This document shows, piece by piece, positions 41,352 to 50,895 of a stretch of DNA of 64,000 nucleotides. The notes beneath the pieces were generated by a model. It did no database searches and was not told the DNA's origin. It saw nothing but the letters and a program-made list of their open reading frames with translations. The stretch comes from Chthonomonadales bacterium (GTDB taxonomy: Bacteria; Armatimonadota; Chthonomonadetes; Chthonomonadales; CAJBBX01): contig JBBIPC010000001.1 in the NCBI GenBank assembly GCA_037443035.1, positions 288,001-352,000 on the forward strand, given 5' to 3'. Each line of letters starts with the position of its first letter. The stretch's first letter is position 1. The position numbers and the translations under genes were made by a program.

Positions 41352-43256
41352 ATGAGCGTGCTGGTTGCACAGAACCTGGAAAAGTCCTTCGGTGCGCTGA
41401 CTGTCCTCGCTGGTGTGTCCATCCGCTTGGAGTGGCGTCAGCGCGTCGGACTCGTTGGCCCTAACGGTGCTGGGAAGACGACGTTACTGCAGGTGCTCGC
41501 TGGTCGTCTCGATCCGGACCGCGGGAAGGTATCGCTCGCTCGCGGCGTCCGCGTCGAGCTACTGCAGCAGGAACAGACCGTGGATCCGAAGCAGACGGTA
41601 TGGGCGGAGGCCGAGGCTGCGCTCGCTTCGTTAGTGGCCCTCGAAGCCCGCATGCGGAGCTGCGAACACGCAATGGCCTCGGCCACCGGCAGCGATCTCG
41701 AAGCGATCATGGCTGAGTACGCTGCGTTGCGCGACCGCCATGACGCGATGGGCGGGCACGACGCCATGCGGGATGTTCGGCGAGTGCTTCTCTCGCTAGG
41801 ATTCGTCGAGAGCGACTTTCACCGATCCTGCGCCAGTCTATCGGGCGGGCAGAAGACGCGTCTGGCCTTGGCTCGCATGCTCCTCTCAGGGACGGAGATC
41901 CTCCTGCTCGATGAGCCAACGAATCACCTGGATCTTGACGCCACCGAGTGGCTCGAGAGCTTCCTCTCGAGCTTTGGTGGCGCGCTGGTCGTGGTGTCCC
42001 ATGACCGACGGTTTCTGGATAATGTCGTTACGTCAGTGATCGAGCTGGATCGCGGAAAGCTTACATCCTATCGGGGCAACTTCTCCGCGTACTGGCAACA
42101 GCGCCAGGAGCGTCTGGCCCGCTATGAAGAGGACACAGCGACGCGTGCCCGGGAGATAGCACGACTGGAGGAGTATTGGCGGCGCAACAAGGCAGGCCAG
42201 AACCGAAATCAGGCCTGGTCGCGCTTCAAGACAGCACAGCGACTCCGCCAACAGACGCTCGAAGGTCCAAGCCGGCTGCGCGATCTTCGGGTTGCGATCA
42301 GCGCGGATAGTCGCAGTGGTAACGAGGTCGTAATCATCGAGAAGCTTAGCAAGCGATTCGGGGAACGCGTGCTCTTTAGCGACTTGTCCCTGGTGGTGAC
42401 GAGGGGTCAGAAGATCGGCGTGGTCGGCCCCAATGGATCGGGCAAGACCACCTTTCTACGGATTGTTCTGGGTGATGAGCCTCCGACCAGCGGATCCGCG
42501 AGACTCGGTGCCAGTGTGTTACCGGGATACTTCGCGCAGGAGACCGCAGATCTGGACCCCGAGATGACGGTGCTGGAGACGTTCATGACCGCGCGCGAGG
42601 TGGACCTTGGCGAGGCCCGATCGTTTCTCGCACGCTTCCTATTCACCGGTGACGATGTCTTCAAGACCGTCGCGCAACTGTCTGGCGGAGAGAAGAATCG
42701 GCTCGTTCTCGCCCAGCTGGCATTGATGCGACCGAATCTGCTTGTACTCGACGAACCGACGAACCATCTCGACATAGCAGCCCGACATGCTCTGGCACAA
42801 CTTCTGAAAGAGTATGACGGGACCATTCTCCTGGCCAGCCATGACCGTTACCTGCTAGATGAAGTGACAACGCACACGCTTGAGATCGCGGGTAGCGCCG
42901 CAACCTGGTACGACGGCAACTACTCCTCCTATCGCCGAGCCCGCATGCGCCAACTGGAACGTTCTGCCCCTCCGGCCCCCGTCCGAGCCGCGGAGGCCAG
43001 CCGTCCACGTAACTCCTTCGAGCTGGCGCGCATGCGCCGTCGAGCTGCCAAGGCCGTCGAGGCAGCTGAAAGCCGTGTCCAGGAAGCGGAGGACTGGCTC
43101 AGACGCATCGAGGAGTGTCTGGCAGCACCGCAGCCAGGTGATGACATGGTGCGATTGGCACAGGACTTTGAAGCAGCGCAACGTGAGTTGTCCCAGGCTA
43201 TGGAAGCGTGGGAGATGGCCGTTCTCCAGGCAGAGGAGCTTGGGTTGCCGGTCTGA
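41352..43256 (+). CDS. ABC-F family ribosome-associated ATPase
   Basis: Two ABC domains (GPNGAGKT/LSGGQ/LLDEPTNHLD; GPNGSGKT/LSGGE/VLDEPTNHLD), no TM segments, coiled-coil tail. Confidence 0.93.
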   Translation: MSVLVAQNLEKSFGALTVLAGVSIRLEWRQRVGLVGPNGAGKTTLLQVLAGRLDPDRGKVSLARGVRVELLQQEQTVDPKQTVWAEAEAALASLVALEARMRSCEHAMASATGSDLEAIMAEYAALRDRHDAMGGHDAMRDVRRVLLSLGFVESDFHRSCASLSGGQKTRLALARMLLSGTEILLLDEPTNHLDLDATEWLESFLSSFGGALVVVSHDRRFLDNVVTSVIELDRGKLTSYRGNFSAYWQQRQERLARYEEDTATRAREIARLEEYWRRNKAGQNRNQAWSRFKTAQRLRQQTLEGPSRLRDLRVAISADSRSGNEVVIIEKLSKRFGERVLFSDLSLVVTRGQKIGVVGPNGSGKTTFLRIVLGDEPPTSGSARLGASVLPGYFAQETADLDPEMTVLETFMTAREVDLGEARSFLARFLFTGDDVFKTVAQLSGGEKNRLVLAQLALMRPNLLVLDEPTNHLDIAARHALAQLLKEYDGTILLASHDRYLLDEVTTHTLEIAGSAATWYDGNYSSYRRARMRQLERSAPPAPVRAAEASRPRNSFELARMRRRAAKAVEAAESRVQEAEDWLRRIEECLAAPQPGDDMVRLAQDFEAAQRELSQAMEAWEMAVLQAEELGLPV

Positions 43257-43297
43257 CACAGTTTCGCACGCTGTGCAGAGAACTCGACTCGGCGCCC

Positions 43298-43326
43298 TTG
43301 ACTGCCGCCACGATATGGCAGATAAT
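43298..43326 (+). promoter_or_regulatory. sigma70-like promoter with no conventional gene downstream
   Basis: TTGACT-N17-GATAAT. Confidence 0.55.
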
Positions 43327-43332
43327 AGTAGG

Positions 43333-43486
43333 CAGACTAGGAAAGGGGGTGGTGGCTAGGAATGGATCATAGTCAACGGAGGTGTGGCGGGGGTTAGTGC
43401 TGTTTTAGCCCTCGGGTCATGAACGGCGCTATCCCGCCGTTCCTCAAGAAGGCCGGGCAGCGGGCGATCGCTGCCCGGCGTCTTTC
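43333..43486 (+). ncRNA. Candidate small RNA / micro-ORF transcript
   Basis: Lies between a promoter and a terminator; two strong SD-like modules, four GGA motifs, hairpin 43421-43442. Confidence 0.4.
43452..43486. terminator. Bidirectional intrinsic terminator
   Basis: GCCGGGCAGCG-GGCGAT-CGCTGCCCGGC with TCTTT on plus and TTCTT on minus. Confidence 0.8.
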
Positions 43487-43495
43487 GTCATGGGG

Positions 43496-44896
43496 TCAGC
43501 GGGCAACGAACCTCATGATCCGGCTGACCGATAGCGCGTACTCGCCACTGTCGGCCGCGACAACGACCCAGTAGTACGTCCGACCCGCCTGGAGATACGG
43601 TCCCTGGTACTGCAGCGAGGTCTGCGGTGCCTGGACCTTGCTCGCACCTGGATTGTTGAAGTCCGCGGGCCACAGAGGCACAGCTCCATGAGGATCATCG
43701 GGGTTCTGGAGATCGGGGAAACGATCCCATACGACAACTTGGTATGTTGCCGCACCGTAGACTCCAGTCCATCGGAAGATGGGGTCGCCCGTGACCGCAT
43801 CCCCCTGGGCCGGCGCCGTCGCAAGTATGGGCTGCAACGGATTGGCCGATACGACGTCACTTGCCGGTCCCACAATGCCACGAGACGGGAACGCAACCGT
43901 ATCCAAGCAATGGACGGTGTAGTAGTAGACCGTGTCCGGCGTCAGCACAGGATCCACGTCGAAGAACGATGATGCGAGGGGGTCCCTGAGCACAGCCGTC
44001 GTGGCGCTTGGCGGACTCGAAGTGCCTCGCTTGACGGCGTACCCGAACAGATCGTCCCAACTGCGATAGTCCCAGAACAGATCGACTTCGATGACGGACC
44101 CAGCAGGAGTAGCCCGACCTGCTGACGTGCTGACCGGATCCCCCGTTCGGGGCGCGAGAGGCAGTCCACGGCGCTGGCGGTAGACCCTCTGAAGCCACTG
44201 CAGGTACGCCGGGCGGCCACCTGGAGAGCGTGTCACAGTATCGGCAATCGTCCACGCTTGTGCCGCAGGGTTCTGTGGTGCTGGTATCGCACCTTGATCG
44301 CTGCCATAAGGCAATGCGAAGGAGAGATTGGCTACCTCGTTCGCGGCAAGATGGATGGTCTTCGTGTCGTTCATATATCCCGCCAGGGAACATGTGACCT
44401 CATATGTCACGCCCGGCGTGAGGCGTCGTATGTCGTAGACGCCATCCGAGCCGGTGACACCCAAGGTGGATCCCCACGGCCCTTGCACGAAGACCTTCGC
44501 ACCCTCAAGTGCGTATCCACCGGCGTCTATGACCACGCCAGTGAGCCGCGCCTGGTAACGCTCGTCCGAGACTACCACGTTGACGCTGCGGTTCTTCTCT
44601 CCCGCCGAAAGGTCCACTCGCGTCTCACCGCTGTAGCGTCGCCCCTCGATGGTGACCGATGCTGAGACCGTACGGATGCCGCTCGGCAGATTCGCCAGAG
44701 CGAACGTGCCGTTGCTCAGCGACACCGTCGACCTGCCCGAACACGAAACGGATGCTCCAGCCACTGGCTTACCGTCCACATCGGTTACCACTCCCGTCAA
44801 GCGAGTGGCAGGGTCGCTTCCGCCACCACCACAGCCCCACAACAGGAATGCCAGTAGCACAAGGCTCGCCCGATGCGCACCACGTTCCCCTCTCAT
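43496..44896 (-). CDS. Lipoprotein with carboxypeptidase-regulatory-like repeats and FN3-like domain
   Basis: Lipobox LLWGC then GGGG; two LTGVV.D..G..V.GA.V repeats; VYYYTV, TYYWVV. Confidence 0.75.
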   Translation of the reverse strand: MRGERGAHRASLVLLAFLLWGCGGGGSDPATRLTGVVTDVDGKPVAGASVSCSGRSTVSLSNGTFALANLPSGIRTVSASVTIEGRRYSGETRVDLSAGEKNRSVNVVVSDERYQARLTGVVIDAGGYALEGAKVFVQGPWGSTLGVTGSDGVYDIRRLTPGVTYEVTCSLAGYMNDTKTIHLAANEVANLSFALPYGSDQGAIPAPQNPAAQAWTIADTVTRSPGGRPAYLQWLQRVYRQRRGLPLAPRTGDPVSTSAGRATPAGSVIEVDLFWDYRSWDDLFGYAVKRGTSSPPSATTAVLRDPLASSFFDVDPVLTPDTVYYYTVHCLDTVAFPSRGIVGPASDVVSANPLQPILATAPAQGDAVTGDPIFRWTGVYGAATYQVVVWDRFPDLQNPDDPHGAVPLWPADFNNPGASKVQAPQTSLQYQGPYLQAGRTYYWVVVAADSGEYALSVSRIMRFVAR

Positions 44897-45047
44897 CACC
44901 AGCCCCCTTTCCCTTGCAGGCTCACTTAGCCTTTCGCATACTCTACCTTCTGACGTCTGCCACACGCCCATCACCATCTAGCACGACAGGATTGCGCAAG
45001 TGTGACACAGGGTACAATCGTCGTCAATTCCCTTAGTGAGTTAATCC

Positions 45048-46172
45048 ATGGAACCAGTTCGAATTGGTGTGGTTGGATGTGGCAACATCAGCGGCATCTA
45101 CTTCACCAACCTCCAGCGCTACCCCCTCGCGCGCGTCATTGCGTGTTCTGACCTCGACATCGCGAAGGCGCAAGCAGCCAGCCAGACCTATGGCATTCCT
45201 ATGGTTCTCGCACCTGACGATCTTGTCACCCACCCGGACGTGGACCTTGTGCTCAACCTCACTGTCCCCAAGGCCCACGCGTCTGTCTCGCTGATGGCAA
45301 TGCGTGCGCGGAAGCACGTGTACACGGAAAAGCCCCTCGCTGTGAGTCGCCAGCAAGGATCTGAACTGATCGGAGTAGCTACGTCTCAGAATGTTCGCAT
45401 CGGAAGTGCGCCCGACACGTTCCTCGGTGGATCGCACCAGACCTGCCGAGATCTCATAGACTCCGGTGCCATTGGAGAGCCCGTCGGCGCTGCCGCATTC
45501 ATGCTTTGTCATGGCCACGAGACCTGGCACCCGAGCCCGGAGTTCTACTACGAAATAGGCGGTGGGCCGATGATGGACATGGGGCCCTATTACCTGACCG
45601 CTCTAGTGAATCTATTAGGGCCGATCCATCGTGTCACGGGCGCCAATCGCATCACATTCTCCGAGCGTATCATCACGAGCCAGCCCAAACACGGCAGAGT
45701 CATCCGCGTCGAGACGCCAACACATATTCATGGTGTCATGGAGTTCGCGTCGGGCGCCATAGGTTCGATCATTACGAGCTTCGATGTGTGGCATACGACG
45801 CTGCCGAGGATCGAGATTTGGGGAACGGAGGGTTCTCTTCTCGTTCCCGACCCCAATGGCTTCGGAGGAACACCGCTGATGATGCGGCGGGGAGACAGGA
45901 GCTGGTCCGAGGTCCCCGTGACGCGAGGGTTCACCTCTAACTCCCGCGGCGTCGGCCTGGTTGACATGATCCTTGGCATCGCCACGGGCGGACCCCATCG
46001 CGCGTCTGGCGCGCTGGCTCTCCATGTGCTCGATGCCATGCAAGGCTTCAACGATGCGGCGGACGCGAGTGCTCATTACGACCTCGTACACCGGACGGAA
46101 CGGCCCCTGCCGCTACCAGCGGGCTTGATCGCAGAAGCGGATGGCCTGTGGGTGGTTAACGCAGGAACGTAA
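45048..46172 (+). CDS. Gfo/Idh/MocA family oxidoreductase
   Basis: GVVGCGNIS, KHVYTEKPLA, APDTFLG, GGPMMDMGPYY. Confidence 0.92.
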   Translation: MEPVRIGVVGCGNISGIYFTNLQRYPLARVIACSDLDIAKAQAASQTYGIPMVLAPDDLVTHPDVDLVLNLTVPKAHASVSLMAMRARKHVYTEKPLAVSRQQGSELIGVATSQNVRIGSAPDTFLGGSHQTCRDLIDSGAIGEPVGAAAFMLCHGHETWHPSPEFYYEIGGGPMMDMGPYYLTALVNLLGPIHRVTGANRITFSERIITSQPKHGRVIRVETPTHIHGVMEFASGAIGSIITSFDVWHTTLPRIEIWGTEGSLLVPDPNGFGGTPLMMRRGDRSWSEVPVTRGFTSNSRGVGLVDMILGIATGGPHRASGALALHVLDAMQGFNDAADASAHYDLVHRTERPLPLPAGLIAEADGLWVVNAGT

Positions 46173-46671
46173 CCCAGCGCCCGTTCTCGGTGCGAGTAAT
46201 CTCGGCAACTAGCGCGGGTGGCTTGCCCGAACCTTCAGCCTGAGACTGGAGAAACCGAATGCGGCGATAGCCGTAGGTCCAGGCACCGCGTCGGATGGCT
46301 TCGTCGCGAATAGGTTCGATCACGCCATGAACGCTTGGCGTTTGGATGGCTGGGACTGGCTCCAGCACTACCTCTAGGACATCGAGATCGTCGCCTGTGT
46401 GGCATGTCGCATGGTACGAGCGGCACGCTGTATTCAGTTGGCTCAGAAACGGGATCCGCTTGGACTCATACTCGCGCCGTTGTAGCTCAGAGGCTGGTAG
46501 CGGCACATCGAGTCCTACGTTCGATGTTGTCGCGCTCACCTCTGGAGTCACGGACGCCGGATAACCGCTGGCTGGGACGTGACGTTCTGATGTGCGTTGC
46601 AGCATCCGCCATCCGACAAGCGTCGCAGCAATAGCCAGCGCAGTACCCAACAGCACAGCGATAGCTCGCAC
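46156..46671 (-). CDS. Hypothetical membrane-anchored protein
   Basis: N-terminal hydrophobic helix; fills the gap directly after nfo. Confidence 0.55.
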   Translation of the reverse strand: MRAIAVLLGTALAIAATLVGWRMLQRTSERHVPASGYPASVTPEVSATTSNVGLDVPLPASELQRREYESKRIPFLSQLNTACRSYHATCHTGDDLDVLEVVLEPVPAIQTPSVHGVIEPIRDEAIRRGAWTYGYRRIRFLQSQAEGSGKPPALVAEITRTENGRWVTFLR

Positions 46672-46677
46672 GGCGGG

Positions 46678-47535
46678 TCATCCTTGCTCGACCAGTCCTC
46701 GCAACACCTCCAAGTTCCTTTGGTGCATCGTCTCGGCTTCAGGTGTCTCCAGGATGAGGGGTAGATGCCGCAGGCGACTGTCGTTCACCAGCCAGCGAAA
46801 CGGTTCGAGGCCGATTTGTCCCTGCCCCAGATGTTCATGCCGGTCCACACGACTGCCAACAGGTTTCTTTGCATCGTTGCAGTGGATGATCTTCAGCCGA
46901 CGGATGCCGACGGTCGAGTCGAACTGCACCCAGAGCCGCTCATAACTCTCCCGGCTCGTCAGGTCGTACCCAGCCACGAAGATGTGGCATGTGTCCAGGC
47001 AAACTCCAAGCCTGGGATGATCCCCCACCCCGTCGAGAACCCGTTGTAGCTGCTGGAATGTGTATCCTAGACCCGTGCCCTGACCTGCTGTTGTCTCAAG
47101 CGCAATGCCTGCGTTCATGCCCTCACTATCTGCCAGTAGCCGCTTGACACTCTCCGTCAGTCGCCCAAGCCCCTCCTCTTCTCCGGTATTCAAGTGGGCT
47201 CCCATATGCGTCACAACCCAGGGTATGCGGAGCTGATGCGCCCGCTCCAACTCGTGCATGAACGCCCTCATGGAGGTGGCATGGACCTTGGAGTCCGGCG
47301 CCGCGAGGTTCACCAGATAGGAATCGTGAGCGCATATGAAACCAATTCCCGTCGCTTCGATCGCGTCGTGGAACGAACGAATCTCCTCGTCTTTCAATGG
47401 CGGCGCATGCCACTGCTTGGGGTTGGCGGTGAATAACTGCACGGCGGTGCAGCCAATGGTCTGGCCACTCGTCAGTGCTGACGCCAGGCCGCCATTCGTG
47501 GGCATGTGAGCGCCCATCAAGCGTGCATGCATCAT
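46678..47535 (-). CDS. nfo: Endonuclease IV (AP endonuclease)
   Basis: GAHM, QLFT, HDSYLVNL, LETTAGQG, CLDTCH, HCND, DRHEHLG, ILETP. Confidence 0.95.
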   Translation of the reverse strand: MMHARLMGAHMPTNGGLASALTSGQTIGCTAVQLFTANPKQWHAPPLKDEEIRSFHDAIEATGIGFICAHDSYLVNLAAPDSKVHATSMRAFMHELERAHQLRIPWVVTHMGAHLNTGEEEGLGRLTESVKRLLADSEGMNAGIALETTAGQGTGLGYTFQQLQRVLDGVGDHPRLGVCLDTCHIFVAGYDLTSRESYERLWVQFDSTVGIRRLKIIHCNDAKKPVGSRVDRHEHLGQGQIGLEPFRWLVNDSRLRHLPLILETPEAETMHQRNLEVLRGLVEQG

Positions 47536-48503
47536 CGGCGAGACCGCCGCGGCTGATCCTCCCGAGGCATCAGGCGCACCAACGCGCCTTCCTCCGGGCT
47601 CTTACCCTCCACGAGGGTCGCTTTGGACCGGTCCGCCTTCACGTCCGTTACGCGCAGCACGCCGACGCGCACTTCCTCGGTCCAGACCGGCTCGCCGGCC
47701 CTATCGCGGATGGCATCGAGCTCGATGATGTTCAACTGATCGCCGACACGCACACCATCGTTGCTGCCGACACTGACAACGTAGACGCCACCGTCACCGA
47801 CAGCGAGTACCCGCCCCGCTGTCACCGAGGACACATCCAGCAGACGTTGCAGGACTTCATCCACTGCTTTGCGCGCTGCGCGTCCCAGCAGGCTTTCCGA
47901 CCAATCCCTGCTGTTCACATCCACTCCACCAAGGCTGATAGAACCGCCAACCCATGAGCCACCGACAAGCGTACCGCCGTAATTGACGATCTTGCCCTCT
48001 CCGGTGGCCGTTCCGAGGATGTCGCCTGTCCGTACGTCAACAACCCTGGCATCCAGTACGACCCTTGCCGTGGCTGTACGTACCTGTAGACCCCCGAACG
48101 GCCCCAGACCGAAGAGACCGCCGACACGGTTGTCGCGTACCCCGAATTCCGTTGCTCGCGCAGCCACCAAGTATTGCGCCCCGACAAGCTTGCCGGCCGA
48201 AACAGCCGTCTCCGGGTCCACGTCTCCCGAACGAACAAGCTGCTGCTCCCGTAGCACGGAATCCAGATCTTGTCTCTCGAGGACTCGCCAGCCGTTCCGC
48301 CGCAGCGCCGTAATGAGCATATCTGCCACCACGGAGTCGACTTGGCTGCCACCTCTGGAGTTCGAGGCCACCACGGCAACCCGAGAACCAGCCGGAAGCT
48401 CCACCATCCGCGCCTTCTGACGCTGTGTAGCAGCAGCGCTCAGCGCCAGGAGCGCGTGTGCAGCCACCGCTAGCGCACCACACCGAAGGATCCTAGCATT
48501 CAT
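47532..48503 (-). CDS. CsgG/HfaB-family envelope protein with FlgT-like C-terminal domain
   Basis: Signal peptide; RVLERQDLDSVLREQ, GKLVGAQYL, ARVVDVRTGDIL; GSNDGVRVGD. Confidence 0.75.
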   Translation of the reverse strand: MNARILRCGALAVAAHALLALSAAATQRQKARMVELPAGSRVAVVASNSRGGSQVDSVVADMLITALRRNGWRVLERQDLDSVLREQQLVRSGDVDPETAVSAGKLVGAQYLVAARATEFGVRDNRVGGLFGLGPFGGLQVRTATARVVLDARVVDVRTGDILGTATGEGKIVNYGGTLVGGSWVGGSISLGGVDVNSRDWSESLLGRAARKAVDEVLQRLLDVSSVTAGRVLAVGDGGVYVVSVGSNDGVRVGDQLNIIELDAIRDRAGEPVWTEEVRVGVLRVTDVKADRSKATLVEGKSPEEGALVRLMPREDQPRRSRR

Positions 48504-48572
48504 GTTCCGCCCCCTGTCATCGCCTCCCGTAGATGACTAGCATACGGATTGTATCGCCTCTGCATTCACCCG

Positions 48573-49655
48573 TCAAGCTGGGTCCTCGTGTTCGGACCAA
48601 ACCTGACTGATCCTGGCAGCAACTTGGCCAGCGATCTTACGGAACGCCTCGGCCTGGGGCGTGTTGGAGTCCACAAGGATGGAGGGCTGCCCGGCATCGC
48701 CGCTCATGGTGACAATCGGATCGATGGGCACAGCTCCGAGGAAGGGCACTCCAAGCCGCTCAGCGGCTCGCGCCCCGCCTCCGGATCCGAACAAGGTGGT
48801 GACCTTCCCACAATGAGGACACGCGAAACCGCTCATATTCTCGATAATGCCCAATATCGGCAGAGGCCGCCCTGTACTTTCCTCCAATGTCCGGAACATG
48901 ATAATTGCCTTGTTGGCAATCTGCTGCGCCACGTCCTGGGGTGTCATGACGATGACCACCCCCGTCAACGGCATGATCTGCGCCAGCGACATGGGTGCAT
49001 CGCCGGTACCGGGTGGCAGATCAACGATAAGGTAGTCCAGCTCTCCCCACGCAACATCTTCGAGAAACTGCTGCAGGGCCTTGCCGATCATGGGACCGCG
49101 CCACACTACAGCCCGATCGCTTTCCAGGAAGAACCCCATGGACATGAGGTACACGCCATGCCTGTAGATCGGCAGGATATGCTCTCCATCGAACTCCGGC
49201 TCTTCGTGCACACCCATCATGAGCGGTATGGTCGGGCCGTAGATATCTGCATCAAGGATCCCCACGGTTGCACCGGTCTGGGCCAGGGCAACGGCGAGGT
49301 TGCATGCCACCGTAGACTTTCCTACGCCGCCTTTGCCGCTTGCCACCGCGACTACGTGCTTCACACCGGGAGCGAGGTTCCGATCTCGCTCCACGCTGCG
49401 GACGCGCGATGACAGGTTGATCGCGACTTCCCTGGTGCCGGGTATGCCGAGTACCGCTTCCTCCGCCCGAGCCTTCAGTTGATCTCGCACGGGACACGCT
49501 GGGGTCGTGAGCTCGATCTGCACCTCGACACGTCCGTCGGCAATGGCGATGTCTTTCACGAAGCCGAGTTCCACGATGTCGCGCCCAAGATCGGGATCCA
49601 TGACCGCCCGGAGGGCGTCTAGCACCTGCTCACGGCTTGGACAACTACCTTCCAT
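48573..49655 (-). CDS. mrp: Mrp/NBP35 Fe-S cluster carrier ATPase
   Basis: DUF59 N-domain DPDLGRDIV..LTTPACP; ASGKGGVGKST, WRGPM, DLPPGTGD, ENMS..CPHC. Confidence 0.93.
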   Translation of the reverse strand: MEGSCPSREQVLDALRAVMDPDLGRDIVELGFVKDIAIADGRVEVQIELTTPACPVRDQLKARAEEAVLGIPGTREVAINLSSRVRSVERDRNLAPGVKHVVAVASGKGGVGKSTVACNLAVALAQTGATVGILDADIYGPTIPLMMGVHEEPEFDGEHILPIYRHGVYLMSMGFFLESDRAVVWRGPMIGKALQQFLEDVAWGELDYLIVDLPPGTGDAPMSLAQIMPLTGVVIVMTPQDVAQQIANKAIIMFRTLEESTGRPLPILGIIENMSGFACPHCGKVTTLFGSGGGARAAERLGVPFLGAVPIDPIVTMSGDAGQPSILVDSNTPQAEAFRKIAGQVAARISQVWSEHEDPA

Positions 49656-50352
49656 GGGATACCTCGCTCCCCGTACGTCCGTTCGCTTCGTCATCAGCCC
49701 GCGCCGCCCACAGGAGCCCTCTGCGGCAGATCTCTGCTGACTCCGGAATGCGCAGCACGTCCGCGGTATGTCCAAGCGATGTGTAGAACACTCTGCCCTG
49801 GCCGTACATGCGCGTCCATACCACTGGCATATCGAATGGACCATTCGTGACATGGGGACCATCTGCCACAGGCATAGGCGTCACTGCAAGCACGCGGTTG
49901 GATGGGTCTACATGCATGTAGTACTGCTCGGACGTGACGGTGAAATCCGAGACACCGCGGGTGATGTAGTGCTCATGGTCGGTGATTCGTACGCGGTATG
50001 TCACGTTATCATCACCCGGATGAGCCACCCACTGGCCACCCGTCATGAAATGGTATTCCGTAGCGTCGCGGAATGCGTCGCACATCCCGCCATGACAACC
50101 CGCGAGACCGACGCCTCTTCGAACTGCCTCGCACAACGGGGCAAGTTGCGAACCGGCTATCTGTCCCATAGTCCATACGGGAACGATGAGATCCACTGCA
50201 AGCAACTGGTTCACATCCAGAAAAGCATCGAGCGTACGCTCGACGCGGACAGAGAAGGCCTCCTTCTCGAGAATCTCAGCAAAGAAGCCTGCCACGGCCT
50301 CAGGCTCATGGCCTTCCCATCCTCCGCATACCACCAGAGCACGTCTTGTCAC
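49645..50352 (-). CDS. ThuA-like domain protein
   Basis: ALVVCGGWEGHEP, WTMG, HGGMCDAFR, GGQWVAHP, SEQYYMHVDP, GRVFYTSLGH. Confidence 0.85.
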   Translation of the reverse strand: MTRRALVVCGGWEGHEPEAVAGFFAEILEKEAFSVRVERTLDAFLDVNQLLAVDLIVPVWTMGQIAGSQLAPLCEAVRRGVGLAGCHGGMCDAFRDATEYHFMTGGQWVAHPGDDNVTYRVRITDHEHYITRGVSDFTVTSEQYYMHVDPSNRVLAVTPMPVADGPHVTNGPFDMPVVWTRMYGQGRVFYTSLGHTADVLRIPESAEICRRGLLWAARADDEANGRTGSEVSHGR

Positions 50353-50895
50353 TCAAGTCTCCTCTTTGTGTGATGCCAGCATCTCGCCCACCTTCGTCCA
50401 GCGCTCCGCATCTTTCTCGTGGCGCAGGACCGGCTGAAAGCCGAGGTCCATGTACAACCGAATGGCTGAGATCCGCTCGTCATCCGTTTCCAGCACCGCG
50501 GACCTCAGACTAAGCCGCGCGAACCGTTGCAACACAGCGACAATCACTGCACGGCCCAGCCCTTGGTTTCTCGCGGCGCGCGCTGTCCCGACCCAGTGCA
50601 CGTAGCCTTCTCCCGGGAACGAGACGGGGTCCAACCGCGCCGATGCCGTTGCCAGGAGACCCCCATTCTTCTCGATCACGAATACGGCATCCACGGAGGC
50701 ACAGCGTGTCAGGTTCTCGGCAACGCCAGCGGGCGACCATGGCGTACCGAAGGCGTCGCTCAAGAGGGTCGCTAGCTGGACTTCGTCGCTCGACGTCGCA
50801 GTCCTGAGCACGAATCCCGCGGGCAATACTGGCTCTGGAATCCCCAACAGAGAAGGCCGGCGCATCAAGAGCTGCGGCGGGCCGGTTCGTGTCAC
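50353..50895 (-). CDS. GNAT family N-acetyltransferase
   Basis: VHWVG...ARNQGLG motif A, AIRLY..LGF. Confidence 0.85.
   Translation of the reverse strand: MTRTGPPQLLMRRPSLLGIPEPVLPAGFVLRTATSSDEVQLATLLSDAFGTPWSPAGVAENLTRCASVDAVFVIEKNGGLLATASARLDPVSFPGEGYVHWVGTARAARNQGLGRAVIVAVLQRFARLSLRSAVLETDDERISAIRLYMDLGFQPVLRHEKDAERWTKVGEMLASHKEET

Noticed and set aside
43362..43500. Amber (pyrrolysine) read-through of the micro-ORF MDHSQRRCGGG*CCF...
   Set aside because: The read-through frame would run through the terminator and antisense into the next gene; no pyl genes in the window
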